The notes under the pieces were generated by a model. That model worked only from the letters and a program-made list of their open reading frames with translations. It was not told the origin of the DNA and searched no databases. Source: a virus (taxonomy: Duplodnaviria; Caudoviricetes). Taken from it: a stretch of 64,000 nucleotides of DNA. A program made the translations under genes and the position numbers. The number at the start of each line of letters is the position of its first letter. The stretch's first letter is position 1. The DNA lies in the IMG/VR virus record IMGVR_UViG_3300037067_027643, positions 160,001-224,000 of that record; one strand, 5' to 3'. Positions 11,350 through 21,738 of the stretch are shown piece after piece.

Positions 11350-12429
11350 ATGAAAACAGTTTGTATATATCATAGTGCAGATTTAGATGGTTGGTGTTCC
11401 GCTGCCATAGTTAAACATTGGTATATTAAAAATAATAAAGATTGTATTATATTTAATAAATCAAACTCAAATATAATGACTAATGAGGATAAAATTGTAT
11501 TTGATGATAGAGTTCAAGGAAAAGAAAATGAATCCGAATTATACTTCATTGGTTATAATTATGGAAATGAAATTCCAGATTTATCTGAATATAATCGAGT
11601 AATAATGTGTGATATAAGTTTTCCAGCTAATATAATGAAACAACTCCATAGAAAACTAACAGCACAAAAGGGTTATGTGGGAAATGGAAAAGAAAAAACA
11701 CTCGATAATTTTATTTGGTTAGATCATCATATATCAGCAATAAAAGATATGGAAAAGGAATACCCAGTAGGTAATAGTGTTCCTATATCATTACCATCAG
11801 GACTAAGGGATACAAAATTTGCAGCATGTGAATTAACTTGGAGATACTACTTCCCTAAAAAAGAGATGCCAGAACTTGTAAGATTACTAGGTAGATACGA
11901 TTGTTTTGGCCACAGAGGGAGTAGCGAAGAACAAACTGTATTTGAATTTCAATACGGAGCAAGAAGTGTGATTAGTAATTATAATGAATGTTTTGATGTT
12001 TTAACTGATAATATATATTATGGAAATGAAACTATAGAAAATATTTTATCTGATGGACAGTCAATATATAGATTTTTATGTACTGATGCAATAGCTAGCT
12101 ATAAAAATGGTTTTAAAGTAATATTATCAGAAGAAGTAGCTGGATGTACAGAAGATCCAAATAAACAATTTGAAGATAGAGAATTCATTTGTATTAATAA
12201 AGAAAAATTTAATCCTATTAATTTTGGAATAAATTATCACAAGGATGGCTATGATGGTTGTATGTGCTTCTATTTTGATGGTAAAGAATATAATTGTAGT
12301 ATTTATAATGACAATGGAAAAGTAGATTGTTCTGTTATAGCTAAAGGGTTTGCGGGAGGTGGACATCAAGGAGCTGCTGGTTTTCGTTTGAATCGACAAC
12401 AATTTGAAGAATTAATTAAAAACAAATAA
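11350..12429 (+). CDS. DHH family phosphoesterase
   Basis: YHSADLDG, WLDHH, GGGHQGAAGF. Confidence 0.9.
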   Translation: MKTVCIYHSADLDGWCSAAIVKHWYIKNNKDCIIFNKSNSNIMTNEDKIVFDDRVQGKENESELYFIGYNYGNEIPDLSEYNRVIMCDISFPANIMKQLHRKLTAQKGYVGNGKEKTLDNFIWLDHHISAIKDMEKEYPVGNSVPISLPSGLRDTKFAACELTWRYYFPKKEMPELVRLLGRYDCFGHRGSSEEQTVFEFQYGARSVISNYNECFDVLTDNIYYGNETIENILSDGQSIYRFLCTDAIASYKNGFKVILSEEVAGCTEDPNKQFEDREFICINKEKFNPINFGINYHKDGYDGCMCFYFDGKEYNCSIYNDNGKVDCSVIAKGFAGGGHQGAAGFRLNRQQFEELIKNK

Positions 12430-12435
12430 TAAATC

Positions 12436-13197
12436 ATGAAATATTTCTATGACATCGAATTTATCGAGGGAACACAAGATAAAACCATATTTGGGTTAGT
12501 TTATAAAGTTACCAAACCTACAATTGATATAATTTCAATTGGAATTATTAGCGAAGACAATAGAGAGTATTATTCTATTAGCAAAGATTTTAATCTCAAA
12601 GAAGCTTGGAACAGATATGACATCAAACAAGAGTGGTATTCTATTGATGAAAATACTCAATCTACAAGAAATGTAAAAGTTTACTGGATTCGAGAAAATG
12701 TTCTAAAACCAATATTCGAAGAACTGTCTGTTAGATTTTGGGGACTCACTAATATTTTTGGAAATAAACATGAATTCGAATATAGTAAATTAGAATTTCT
12801 TATTAATACTTACGGTAAACACAATGAAGAAATAGCAAATGAAATAAAAAACTTTGTTAATCCAAGTAAAGAAGAAGTAAATAATATATCATTTAGTGAA
12901 TATCAAGAAAAATATAGTAAAAAAGAATTATATGGTTATTATTCCTCTTACGATCATGTAGCACTTTGTTGGTTATTTGGTAAAATGATTGATCTACCAA
13001 AAGGTTTCCCAATGCACACAATTGATCTCAAACAGATATTAGACGAAAAACAAATATGGAATGAAAAAACTGGGTATTATAAAACACTAGATCAAATAAA
13101 ATCATTACCAAATTATCCAACCCAAGAAAATGAGCATAATTCTTTGGAAGACGCTAGATGGAATAAAAAACTTTATGAATTTTTAAAAACAATATAA
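12436..13197 (+). CDS. DEDDh 3'-5' exo(ribo)nuclease (Rv2179c-like)
   Basis: YDIEFIE, YYSSYDHV, DLKQ, HNSLEDA. Confidence 0.85.
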   Translation: MKYFYDIEFIEGTQDKTIFGLVYKVTKPTIDIISIGIISEDNREYYSISKDFNLKEAWNRYDIKQEWYSIDENTQSTRNVKVYWIRENVLKPIFEELSVRFWGLTNIFGNKHEFEYSKLEFLINTYGKHNEEIANEIKNFVNPSKEEVNNISFSEYQEKYSKKELYGYYSSYDHVALCWLFGKMIDLPKGFPMHTIDLKQILDEKQIWNEKTGYYKTLDQIKSLPNYPTQENEHNSLEDARWNKKLYEFLKTI

Positions 13198-13889
13198 ATG
13201 AGAGACGCAGCTATAATAGAAAAAGATACCACTTGTCCATTATGCAATAAGGAAATAACAGTTGAAGTAGAAATAGATCAGTATGACGTTGAAACAGTTA
13301 TCGATAACATGCATGAATCAACAAAAGAAGACATAGTAGAATACTGTGACATTTATAGAGATGATCATGAAACTGAATTGGGAGATGTTTTAAATTTTTT
13401 ATATAAATGTAGTAAATATGATAAATTAGAAATATTAGAAAATTTAAACGATGAAGGAATATCTTATATATCAATTTATTCATTAGATGATCAATATAAA
13501 TTACAAGCTATAAAAGAAATCTGGAACGATATTACAGTTGAACAATTAGAATCGTTTTGTAATAATTTTAAAATTGAATTAAAAAGTAAAAGAAAATGAC
13601 AACAATTTCAAAAAGTACAGATATTGATATTGAGTTAAGTGATGTAATAGATTTTATTGATGATGCAAAACACTATGAAATAACTGATATTATAAAACAT
13701 TGTAAATATTTTATCGAAGATAATTTAGAAGAATTTATAGATGTAGACGATTTTGGTATAATAACAAAAACATTAAATGATCAATTTAAATTACAAGCTA
13801 TAAAAGAAATTTGGGAAGATTTGAATGTAGAAGAAGTTGAAACATTTGTAGAAAATTTTAAAACTATATTAAAAAATAGAAGAAAATGA
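13198..13889 (+). repeat. Tandem paralogous ORFs 13198..13599 and 13596..13889
   Basis: Shared DQ(Y/F)KLQAIKEIW, encoded by nearly identical DNA (gatcaatWtaaattacaagctataaaagaaatYtgg). Confidence 0.75.
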
Positions 13890-14419
13890 AAAAGGAAAAT
13901 AAAATTAACATAATTATAAAAGGTTGTTGCGGTAGTGGTAAATCAAGAATTTTATATCTTATTAAAAACACATTAAGAAAAGAAGGTTTTGAAGTCGATC
14001 ATGAATTAAATGAAGATTTTGATAACGAAAAAGATTTTAATGAAATAATGGAATCAAATTATCAAAACTGTTTAAACACAATAAAATCAAGAACCACAAT
14101 TACTATAAAAGAGAAAAATAAAATTCACGATTTGACTAAAGATCTAAATGAAGAATAAATCAAACTCTTATTATATATTTCTTCCAGAAGATGATTTAGA
14201 AGATGTAGAGTACGACGAACACTTACTTGGAGAAATTGATTGTAACAATACATTCTGGACAGGAACAGGTATAAGAATATTAATGAATATAACTAAACAG
14301 CATCCAGAATTAATTGAATCTGTTATTATCAAAGACCAAAATAATAAAACAATAACAGTTGAACAATTTATGAAAACAATCGAAAAATTAAAAATAAAAA
14401 ATAGCATTTAAACAATATA

Positions 14420-14929
14420 ATGCCAAAAAAATATATATTCTTCTTAGAAAGTGATATTAAACGAGCAATGAAGTGTACACAGTCTAATATGGCCGCTGCT
14501 CGTTATCTTGGTATCAACTATCTTACTTATAAGAAATATGCTAAGATGTATTTTGACGAAAATGGAGTCTCATTATTTGACTTACATTTAAATCAATCTG
14601 GGAAAGGAGTAGTAAAACCATGGATGAGTGGAGGTTCTCATAATAAAACATTTCCGATACACGGTATATTAAATAATCAGTTTCCAAAATATCCATTACA
14701 AAAATTAGGACAAAGATTAATAAGAGAAGGAGTAATGTTACCTAGATGTGCTTTATGTGGATGTGAAGAATTTAGAATTACTGATAAAAAATATCCATTA
14801 ATATTAACTCAAAAGAATAATGATGAACATGATTATAGAATTGAAAATTTAGAATTTTTATGTTATAATTGTTATTTTTTAACTGTAGGTAATTTCGATA
14901 AAACTTTATTAAAAAATATGAAGGGATAA
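14420..14929 (+). CDS. HTH plus degenerate HNH/Zn-finger protein
   Basis: SNMAAARYLGINYLTYKKYA (HTH-like), CALCG...NLEFLCYNC. HNH His not conserved. Confidence 0.6.
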   Translation: MPKKYIFFLESDIKRAMKCTQSNMAAARYLGINYLTYKKYAKMYFDENGVSLFDLHLNQSGKGVVKPWMSGGSHNKTFPIHGILNNQFPKYPLQKLGQRLIREGVMLPRCALCGCEEFRITDKKYPLILTQKNNDEHDYRIENLEFLCYNCYFLTVGNFDKTLLKNMKG

Positions 14930-16152
14930 AATATGAACAAAGAAGAGGTAGCTAAAAAAGTAATTGACATAATTAACAATGCAGACTATGTTGATCCGGC
15001 CGAATACATTTATGATGGTCAAAAATTTTTAGATGTTACACTACGAAGAGGAGAAGATGTTTCTGGACATTTATTTGATTTATATAATACATTATTAGAT
15101 CCGAATTCTTGGTGTGAAATTGATAATTCTTTACAACCTGCTATAGATTTATTAAAACAGTATTTTGATGAAAATCCATATAAAAATACAAACGAAACAA
15201 ACATTAATTTTCATCAAGTTGTCGAAAATAGTCAATGTTTTGATAGTTTAGAACAGATATTAAATTATGTGTCATTTATTAGTAAAGATGAATATCTAAA
15301 AATAGGGTTAGAAAATACTATTAAAAATGGATATAAATTAGTAAAGGAATAAATATGTTAATAACTTTAGTATTTGTTTTTTGTATGTTATATTTAGTTA
15401 TTTTAATTAACATAAGAAGATCAAAATATTGTGATTTATATATTAATATTAATAAATTATGTAGCGAATATAATCAGTGGCAATTTAGAAATGGATTAAA
15501 TTATTTTGATAATAAATTTGAAAACGCGTATCACTTTTGTAGAAATGAATTCCCCTTAGAAATTACTAATAAATTATTGTTTTCACTTAAAAAATTAGAT
15601 ATGAAAACATTATTTACTAATGATATGAAAATCAAATTTGAAAAATATTTAATGGATAATAGATAATAATTAAAATATAATTTTACAAAATGGAAGAAAC
15701 ACCAAATAATAAAAAATCAAAACGACCAGTAAATACAAATACTACAAAAGATAATAGATTGTCAGATAAAGATATTAATCAAATAACAGCTACTAAAATA
15801 ATATATAGTAATGCTAATGAACTACATAAATTCTTTGAATCAAATAAGGATAATACCAAAGAATTTATTATAAAAGAAATAGCTAAAAATTTAAATAATA
15901 TTAAAAAACAAGATATTATATTATTTGAACTGGAAAGTGTAATGTATAATAATAGTAATATTGTTTTGAACTTACCAAGAACTGAATGGGTAAATGCGTT
16001 GGAAGATATACGTAAATATTATGAAAGTAAATTAGAATCGATTAATGCACAACAAACCGATTTTGAAAAATGTACAGAAATAAGAGAATTAATAAAAAAA
16101 TTAAATAGAAAAATAAATAAAAATAACAAATTAAAAAAGGAGAAATAAAATT

Positions 16153-16383
16153 ATGAGAACAGACGAATTTATCTATTACAATGTAAATGTAAGTTTTAAA
16201 GTAGAAACAGATGAAGGTAAAGAAAAGAAAATCAAAGAAAAATATCTTGTAAAAGCCATCGGATGTACCGACGCAGAAGCAATAGTTACTAAAGAGTTTA
16301 CTGGTACAAACGATTTTAAAGTTGAATCAATTGCAGAAACTAAAATTATCAATGTTTTAGAAGCCGATATGAAAGATGAATAA
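16153..16383 (+). CDS. DUF4494-like protein (Bacteroidota family)
   Basis: GKEKKIKEKYLVKAIGCTDAEA...FKVESIAETKI pattern. Confidence 0.65.
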   Translation: MRTDEFIYYNVNVSFKVETDEGKEKKIKEKYLVKAIGCTDAEAIVTKEFTGTNDFKVESIAETKIINVLEADMKDE

Positions 16384-16789
16384 TAGTGAAGCAACTATTC
16401 GATTTGAAGAATTTTTAAAATCAATTGGAGGTATAGAAAATGGGATGTATCTCAATAGACCTCCAATTGTTGTTCGTTATTTCTTTTCTGTAGGAGATGG
16501 TTGGTTACCAATGATTCAAGAACTTATCGAAAAACTTATTCTTTTAGGTTGGGATAAAAAGATTTGTCAAGTTAAAGAAAAGTTTGGTGGACTTAGATTT
16601 TATGTAGTTAATAATACCAAAGAAATTTCTGATTTAATCAAAGAATACGAAGTAAAATCATTTAAAATTTGTGATGTATGTGGGTGTGACATTTGTAAAA
16701 CGAGTTCTGTAAATGGCTGGATATATTCTAGATGTGAAAAACATAGACCAGAAGAACTTACATCGTGTTTACAGTCAAAAGATAACTAA
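16376..16789 (+). CDS. Conserved phage hypothetical protein
   Basis: VGDGW...QVKEKFGGLRFY...ICDVCG motif common in large phages. Confidence 0.6.
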   Translation: MNNSEATIRFEEFLKSIGGIENGMYLNRPPIVVRYFFSVGDGWLPMIQELIEKLILLGWDKKICQVKEKFGGLRFYVVNNTKEISDLIKEYEVKSFKICDVCGCDICKTSSVNGWIYSRCEKHRPEELTSCLQSKDN

Positions 16790-16791
16790 CT

Positions 16792-17655
16792 ATGAAAAAT
16801 ATATTTATAAAAAATTGTTGTGATGGATTGTATAATTCATTTGATGTGCATTTTACAAGTGTTTGTGATAATAAATGTAATCATTGTATTGATTTAAAAT
16901 ATAATGGTTTTGGAATTAAAAAACCAGATGTAGATTCAATAGTAAATACAATTATTGAAAATCAAAATGGATATGATGATGTTTTATTTTTAGGAGGAGA
17001 ACCATGTATTTATTTAAAGGAATTGGTTGATTGTATAGAACAAGTAAAATCAAAAACAAATTTAAAAATATATGTAACAACATCTGTTCCTAAAATATGT
17101 AAAGATCGATTTGATTTATTTACGAAACTACTCGAATTAGTTGATGGAATAAATTTATCAGTACAACATTATAAAGAAGAGATTGCAGATAAAATTAGAA
17201 ATGTATCATCAAAATATAATAGACAAGAATTTTATAATAGTTTATCTTATAAAGAAAAAATAAGAATAAATTTAAATATTGTAAAACCATATTTATATAC
17301 AAAAGAAGATATTACAAATTGTTTGATACATTATGATAAAATGGGATTTAATGAAATAAAACTTTCAGAAATACAACATGGAAAAGATTATTATGTTTCT
17401 TTTGAAAAGATGTTTAATATTAAGTTAGGATCACCATTTTATAGTGGTTGTCAAAAATATTTAAAAATGGATAAAATAATTCCAAATTTTAAAACACCTG
17501 TATTATTAAAACGTTCATGTTTTATGTGCGAAGAAACATTGAAAGCTTCTTTTATGGACGGTGTAAAAGTTGGATATAGATTATTTAGACCAAATAACAA
17601 AAATAAATATGGTGTTATTTATGAAAATGGATGTTTAACAAATAAATGGAGATAA
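16792..17655 (+). CDS. Radical SAM enzyme
   Basis: CxxxCxxC (CDNKCNHC), FLGGEP, additional Cys at NCCDG, SGCQ, RSCFMCE. Confidence 0.9.
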   Translation: MKNIFIKNCCDGLYNSFDVHFTSVCDNKCNHCIDLKYNGFGIKKPDVDSIVNTIIENQNGYDDVLFLGGEPCIYLKELVDCIEQVKSKTNLKIYVTTSVPKICKDRFDLFTKLLELVDGINLSVQHYKEEIADKIRNVSSKYNRQEFYNSLSYKEKIRINLNIVKPYLYTKEDITNCLIHYDKMGFNEIKLSEIQHGKDYYVSFEKMFNIKLGSPFYSGCQKYLKMDKIIPNFKTPVLLKRSCFMCEETLKASFMDGVKVGYRLFRPNNKNKYGVIYENGCLTNKWR

Positions 17656-17659
17656 AATT

Positions 17660-17767
17660 ATGTTTACAAGAATTTTAAGAAAAGTAGTAAAGAAATTAGA
17701 AAATAGTAGAAACGGACATTGTTCTGGTGATATTGATGGAGGTGGTGGAACTGGACATTGTTATTAA
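17660..17767 (+). CDS. Unannotated 35-aa peptide MFTRILRKVVKKLENSRNGHCSGDIDGGGGTGHCY (candidate RiPP precursor)
   Basis: ATG 4 nt after the rSAM stop in an A-rich start context (aaatt-ATG). Basic helical leader and Gly-rich core with two GHC motifs. Fills the gap exactly to the convergent baseplate gene. Confidence 0.75.
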   Translation: MFTRILRKVVKKLENSRNGHCSGDIDGGGGTGHCY

Positions 17768-19653
17768 TAGTTCCGTACCCGTCCGTATATATCGCTTTGA
17801 GGGAAGCGAATTTCCCAGATCGATGGATCGGCCGATGTGTAAATTATGCCGTTTCTTTTGGAAGTCTCTAAATTGTAAATGTTTGGAACATAGCCCTTTA
17901 GCTGATCAAATTGATTGTAAAAGCGAAGAGAAATCACACTTTGAACTCCCACAGTATTAGCAATTACTTGAACTACTTCGTTTTTTATGATTGGCTGATT
18001 GATTTGCCATTTATCTATATCAAAGTAAGATTTTACATTATCTATCGCTCTTAATAATACTTCACTTGCAATATAGTTACTTAATACAGTTATTTCAAAC
18101 GACACAGCAATATTAATTACAAAGGCATCCTTTATATTAATACTATCAGTTAACATTTTAAATTTACTTAGATAAGTTTTTAAATTTTCTTTAATGGCTG
18201 TATTTGTTTGTACCAGTTGTTTCTGACTGTTATAAGATAATATATATAAATTTAATGCTAATGGATTTGCTATTCGTTGACTATAATCAAAAAAGTTTAA
18301 TTGATCATCTTGAGTAATATATGCTTTAGCTATGCTTCCAAATTTAGCTGGCATAGAATAAGTTCTGATAATATAATCTTCCAATGTAACAGCTCTATCT
18401 TGAGCAATAAAGAAACTCATAGCATTATCTCTTATCTCATCTACTGATTCAGCTCCTCTACCACCTGTAGCATTATTTAAATTGGTACATGATACTGATT
18501 GTTTTATTAATGCTAATACATTTGGGTTAATAGATTGATCACTTGTAAAGTATTCTATATTAGAAATTGTTTGAAGTGTATTTGCTGGAGTATTTGATTG
18601 TATCCCTCCTCCTACTGTATATTTTACTGTTAAAGTAGTATTAACTGGAACCTGTCCATAACTCTTTGTATATAAGAAATTAGCTGGATCCCATGTAGTA
18701 TTGATTTTACTTAAACCACCCATAAATGGAAGTCCTACATTATCTGGATTAGGAGTAATTATCTCATCTGGCATTACACTATTACCACTTCCAAATCTCA
18801 GTTCCAGTTTATTATCTGATGTATATCTTGTTATAAATCTTTTGCTTACTTTTAATTGTTTTAATAGATAAGGAGTTTGATTTTTATATGTTGCTAGTTC
18901 TGGACTGTTAGTTGTTGTATTAGGTTGATCTATAAATATTGTATCCTGTGCTAAGAAAGGAACTTCATACCAATTATTACCATTACTATCTACCACACTA
19001 TCAATTGATATAATACTGGTATCTGGTATTGTTACTGATATATAAGGATCACTAGCACCGAAGTTGAATTGAATTGTTTTCTGAACTCCAGCTTCTACTT
19101 GTACTTGTTTCATTAACAAATAGTAATCTATTATCCCTGTTGTTTCGTTTAATTTATATACAGTAATATCAGTAGAATCATTTGAACCAGAAACAGCAAA
19201 GTTAATTGTATCTGTGGTATGAAATATTACCTGACTATTTTCATTAGAAGTAATTTCCATATTAGGTTTAATAGCTAAAGCATAACTCCAATCCGGTGTA
19301 GTTGAATTTGCTATTTGTATTGATGGTATTATTTGATATATGTTTAAAGTTGTTCTTGCTGGATATGTAGGTCTTGGTTTATATCCCATTGATTGAGCTA
19401 TATCTAATATGTTTGCTCTTTCTGTTGTTTGGCTAAATAAGTTTTCTTTTAAATTATAATCAGTATAATAAGATAACACATCACCAATATATGATCCCAT
19501 TTCTATGAACATCATATTTGGATCACCTTCGTTTAAATCATTGAAAGTGTTCTTATAGTAAGTCTTAGCAAACGCTATAAGATTTTCTTTAAACTGATTA
19601 AAGTCTTTCCCTAGGTAATTAATGTCTTTATTATTTTGATTATTGTTTGCCAT
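17764..19653 (-). CDS. Baseplate wedge protein (T4 gp6 / J-like)
   Basis: YLGKDFNQFK, YIGDVLSYY, GYKP, RFGSG, GGGIQSN, ATGGRGAES..IR, QDRAVTLEDY. Confidence 0.92.
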   Translation of the reverse strand: MANNNQNNKDINYLGKDFNQFKENLIAFAKTYYKNTFNDLNEGDPNMMFIEMGSYIGDVLSYYTDYNLKENLFSQTTERANILDIAQSMGYKPRPTYPARTTLNIYQIIPSIQIANSTTPDWSYALAIKPNMEITSNENSQVIFHTTDTINFAVSGSNDSTDITVYKLNETTGIIDYYLLMKQVQVEAGVQKTIQFNFGASDPYISVTIPDTSIISIDSVVDSNGNNWYEVPFLAQDTIFIDQPNTTTNSPELATYKNQTPYLLKQLKVSKRFITRYTSDNKLELRFGSGNSVMPDEIITPNPDNVGLPFMGGLSKINTTWDPANFLYTKSYGQVPVNTTLTVKYTVGGGIQSNTPANTLQTISNIEYFTSDQSINPNVLALIKQSVSCTNLNNATGGRGAESVDEIRDNAMSFFIAQDRAVTLEDYIIRTYSMPAKFGSIAKAYITQDDQLNFFDYSQRIANPLALNLYILSYNSQKQLVQTNTAIKENLKTYLSKFKMLTDSINIKDAFVINIAVSFEITVLSNYIASEVLLRAIDNVKSYFDIDKWQINQPIIKNEVVQVIANTVGVQSVISLRFYNQFDQLKGYVPNIYNLETSKRNGIIYTSADPSIWEIRFPQSDIYGRVRNY

Positions 19654-19659
19654 TTAGTT

Positions 19660-20085
19660 TTATCCGTTGGTAATTGGTAATGTCAGAGTATCTTTTTTAT
19701 TATATAGTTCAACTGAAAATTCAATATGTATATTTAATGTGTATTCTATTTTTGGATCGTTTGTAATTGAAATATCATCTATTGTTACAAATGGCATCCA
19801 TCTCGATACAGAATTTCTTACTAATGTTTCTATATCTATTTTATTTTTATTAGTGTCGTTTTCAAATAACCTTCTTCTTAATCCACATCCATATTCTGGA
19901 AGCATTATTCTTTCTCCTGGTTCTGTAAGTAGTAGATTTTTTAAATTGGTTTTTATTTGATCAAATGTTAAATAGTTACTCTTGAAATTCATATTGTTGT
20001 CAGTAGTAATAGGTAATGATAATCCGATAGCTATATCAGTTTCAAAATCTAAGGGATTAATACGAGTTTCAACAATATTTGACAT
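19660..20085 (-). CDS. Baseplate protein gp25/GPW-like
   Basis: IKTNLKNLLLTEPGERIMLPEYGCGL..LFE, RWMPFV. Confidence 0.92.
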   Translation of the reverse strand: MSNIVETRINPLDFETDIAIGLSLPITTDNNMNFKSNYLTFDQIKTNLKNLLLTEPGERIMLPEYGCGLRRRLFENDTNKNKIDIETLVRNSVSRWMPFVTIDDISITNDPKIEYTLNIHIEFSVELYNKKDTLTLPITNG

Positions 20086-20088
20086 TGG

Positions 20089-20685
20089 TTATTTATTCAA
20101 TTTATTAAGAATATTTCTTATTTTATTTTCTATTAATTTTTCTAATTTTATTTGTTTATTTTCATATTGTGTTGGTTTACTTGTAGTATCATCTGGATCT
20201 TGGTTTGTTCCTTCTTGTTGATCTAAATTAATAAAATCTAACCAATGTTGATCAGTTTCATAATCCCAGAATATTTTACAATGTGGATGACTATCAACAA
20301 ATTGTTTTACTTCTTCATATAATAATTTTGGAGTTCTTTTACACTTCAACACTTTTAACCCTTCTAAATTCCAAATGGGTTTTAAAGTTTTTACTAATGA
20401 AAAAGTAATATCCAAATATTCTAAATCTTTACTATTCTTAAAACAGTCTAAACTTTCTATTGATGTATTATTAAATATAGCTTTCTTTAATTTAGTCAAT
20501 CTAAATAACGGAGAGATATTAACTAAATCAAAATGACTAGCATCTATCGACTCTAAATTTATCATCTTGACAATATCTTCTACTGTAGGTTTAGTCTTTA
20601 TACCAATAGCATTCTTTAAGACACATTTTAAGTCCTTGTCTAAGGAGTTCCACCACACAATTAAATCTTTTTTATTAGCTTCCAT
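20089..20685 (-). CDS. Leucine-rich repeat protein
   Basis: LxxLxxLxxLxL-type repeats (ISPLFRLTKLKKA, LEYLDITF, LKPIWNLEGLKVL), N-terminal WWNSL. Confidence 0.75.
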   Translation of the reverse strand: MEANKKDLIVWWNSLDKDLKCVLKNAIGIKTKPTVEDIVKMINLESIDASHFDLVNISPLFRLTKLKKAIFNNTSIESLDCFKNSKDLEYLDITFSLVKTLKPIWNLEGLKVLKCKRTPKLLYEEVKQFVDSHPHCKIFWDYETDQHWLDFINLDQQEGTNQDPDDTTSKPTQYENKQIKLEKLIENKIRNILNKLNK

Positions 20686-20686
20686 T

Positions 20687-21286
20687 TTAAAATTCGGGCA
20701 AGCCTCCTTTCTTTTTATAATTATCTACCTTGTATGTCTTAGTTAATGCATTCTGTAAAAATGACGGAATAGCATTTGTATCTACTTTACCTTTTAAATC
20801 TTCTGGGATCATCTCGTTAATATTATTCTTACGTTTTTGAAATACTTGATTCAGACTTGGGATATTAGCAGAAGCTACTAATGGTTCTCCATCTTCATTC
20901 ATATTTACAACTGGAATATTTTGTTTCATTGATGGCCAAGATTGTGCCATATTAGCGGTAAACGTTTCTCCTCCAGCTTGAATATTTTGCCAATTTCCTT
21001 CGTTATATGTTTCTTGTAATATATTATTAAACATTGGATTTTTTGTATTTACTGGTAGTGGTTTTTTAGTATTGGTATTAGTATTAAAATTTGCTGGTTT
21101 TTTATGATTAATAGTATTGTCTTCTATTCTCATCATTTCTTTAAAAGTAGAAACTGGTTTCTTAGTGGGTTTAGTTTTCGTTTCCGATAAAAGTTTTTGA
21201 AATTCTTTAGCTACTTGAGTTTCAATTTTAATATCAACATATTCTTTTATGAACTTAATTATTTGTTTCTGTTCCTGAGTTGTCAT
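20687..21286 (-). CDS. Hypothetical late/virion protein (start corrected to ATG 21286, 199 aa)
   Basis: Upstream extension of the track ORF overlaps promoters. ATG 21286 lies 32 nt downstream of the ACTATTTATA motif. Confidence 0.6.
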   Translation of the reverse strand: MTTQEQKQIIKFIKEYVDIKIETQVAKEFQKLLSETKTKPTKKPVSTFKEMMRIEDNTINHKKPANFNTNTNTKKPLPVNTKNPMFNNILQETYNEGNWQNIQAGGETFTANMAQSWPSMKQNIPVVNMNEDGEPLVASANIPSLNQVFQKRKNNINEMIPEDLKGKVDTNAIPSFLQNALTKTYKVDNYKKKGGLPEF

Positions 21287-21318
21287 GGTATAAAAATTAG
21301 AAATTTGTTTTATATTTA

Positions 21319-21381
21319 TATAAATAGTTAAAAAATAATTTAAAATAAATTTGGTAATGTGAAATATTTTAGTTAATTTTG
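21319..21381. promoter_or_regulatory. Divergent promoter pair: ACTATTTATA (minus, 21319-21328) and TTTG-N20-TAATTTTG (plus, 21350-21381)
   Basis: Both motifs read directly from sequence. Confidence 0.75.
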
Positions 21382-21738
21382 TGTTTAAAATAAAAAATAA
21401 ATATGAAAACAAATTATTAACGAAAAATTTTAATTAAAATGACAAAAAAAGAAGTAAAACTAAAAGCAGAAACACTACTGAAAGAAATCAGTTTTAAAGC
21501 ACCTTTACATTATGAAGAATGTATTGAATTAGCATTGTTAATAGTAGATAAGATTTTAGCTGAACAACCAACATATAAATATTGGGAAACACACGATGAT
21601 GAAACACCGTCTGCTGTTACAGTTTGGAATGAAGTAAAATCTGAATTAGAAGCACTAATGTAGTATCAGTACTAACAACTATATAAAATCAGTATTATAT
21701 ATGAAATATTTTAGTTAATTTTGTGTTTAAAATAAAAA
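21360..21738 (+). repeat. 37-bp perfect direct repeat (21360-21396 and 21702-21738) flanking ORF 21439..21663
   Basis: TGAAATATTTTAGTTAATTTTGTGTTTAAAATAAAAA twice. Confidence 0.9.

Noticed and set aside
17727-17960. Track ORF of 77 aa on the plus strand
   Set aside because: It is antisense to the baseplate gene. The 17660..17767 ORF has a better start context and fits the intergenic gap.
21287-21412. N-terminal extension of ORF 20687..21412
   Set aside because: It runs through two promoter motifs. ATG 21286 is the likelier start.
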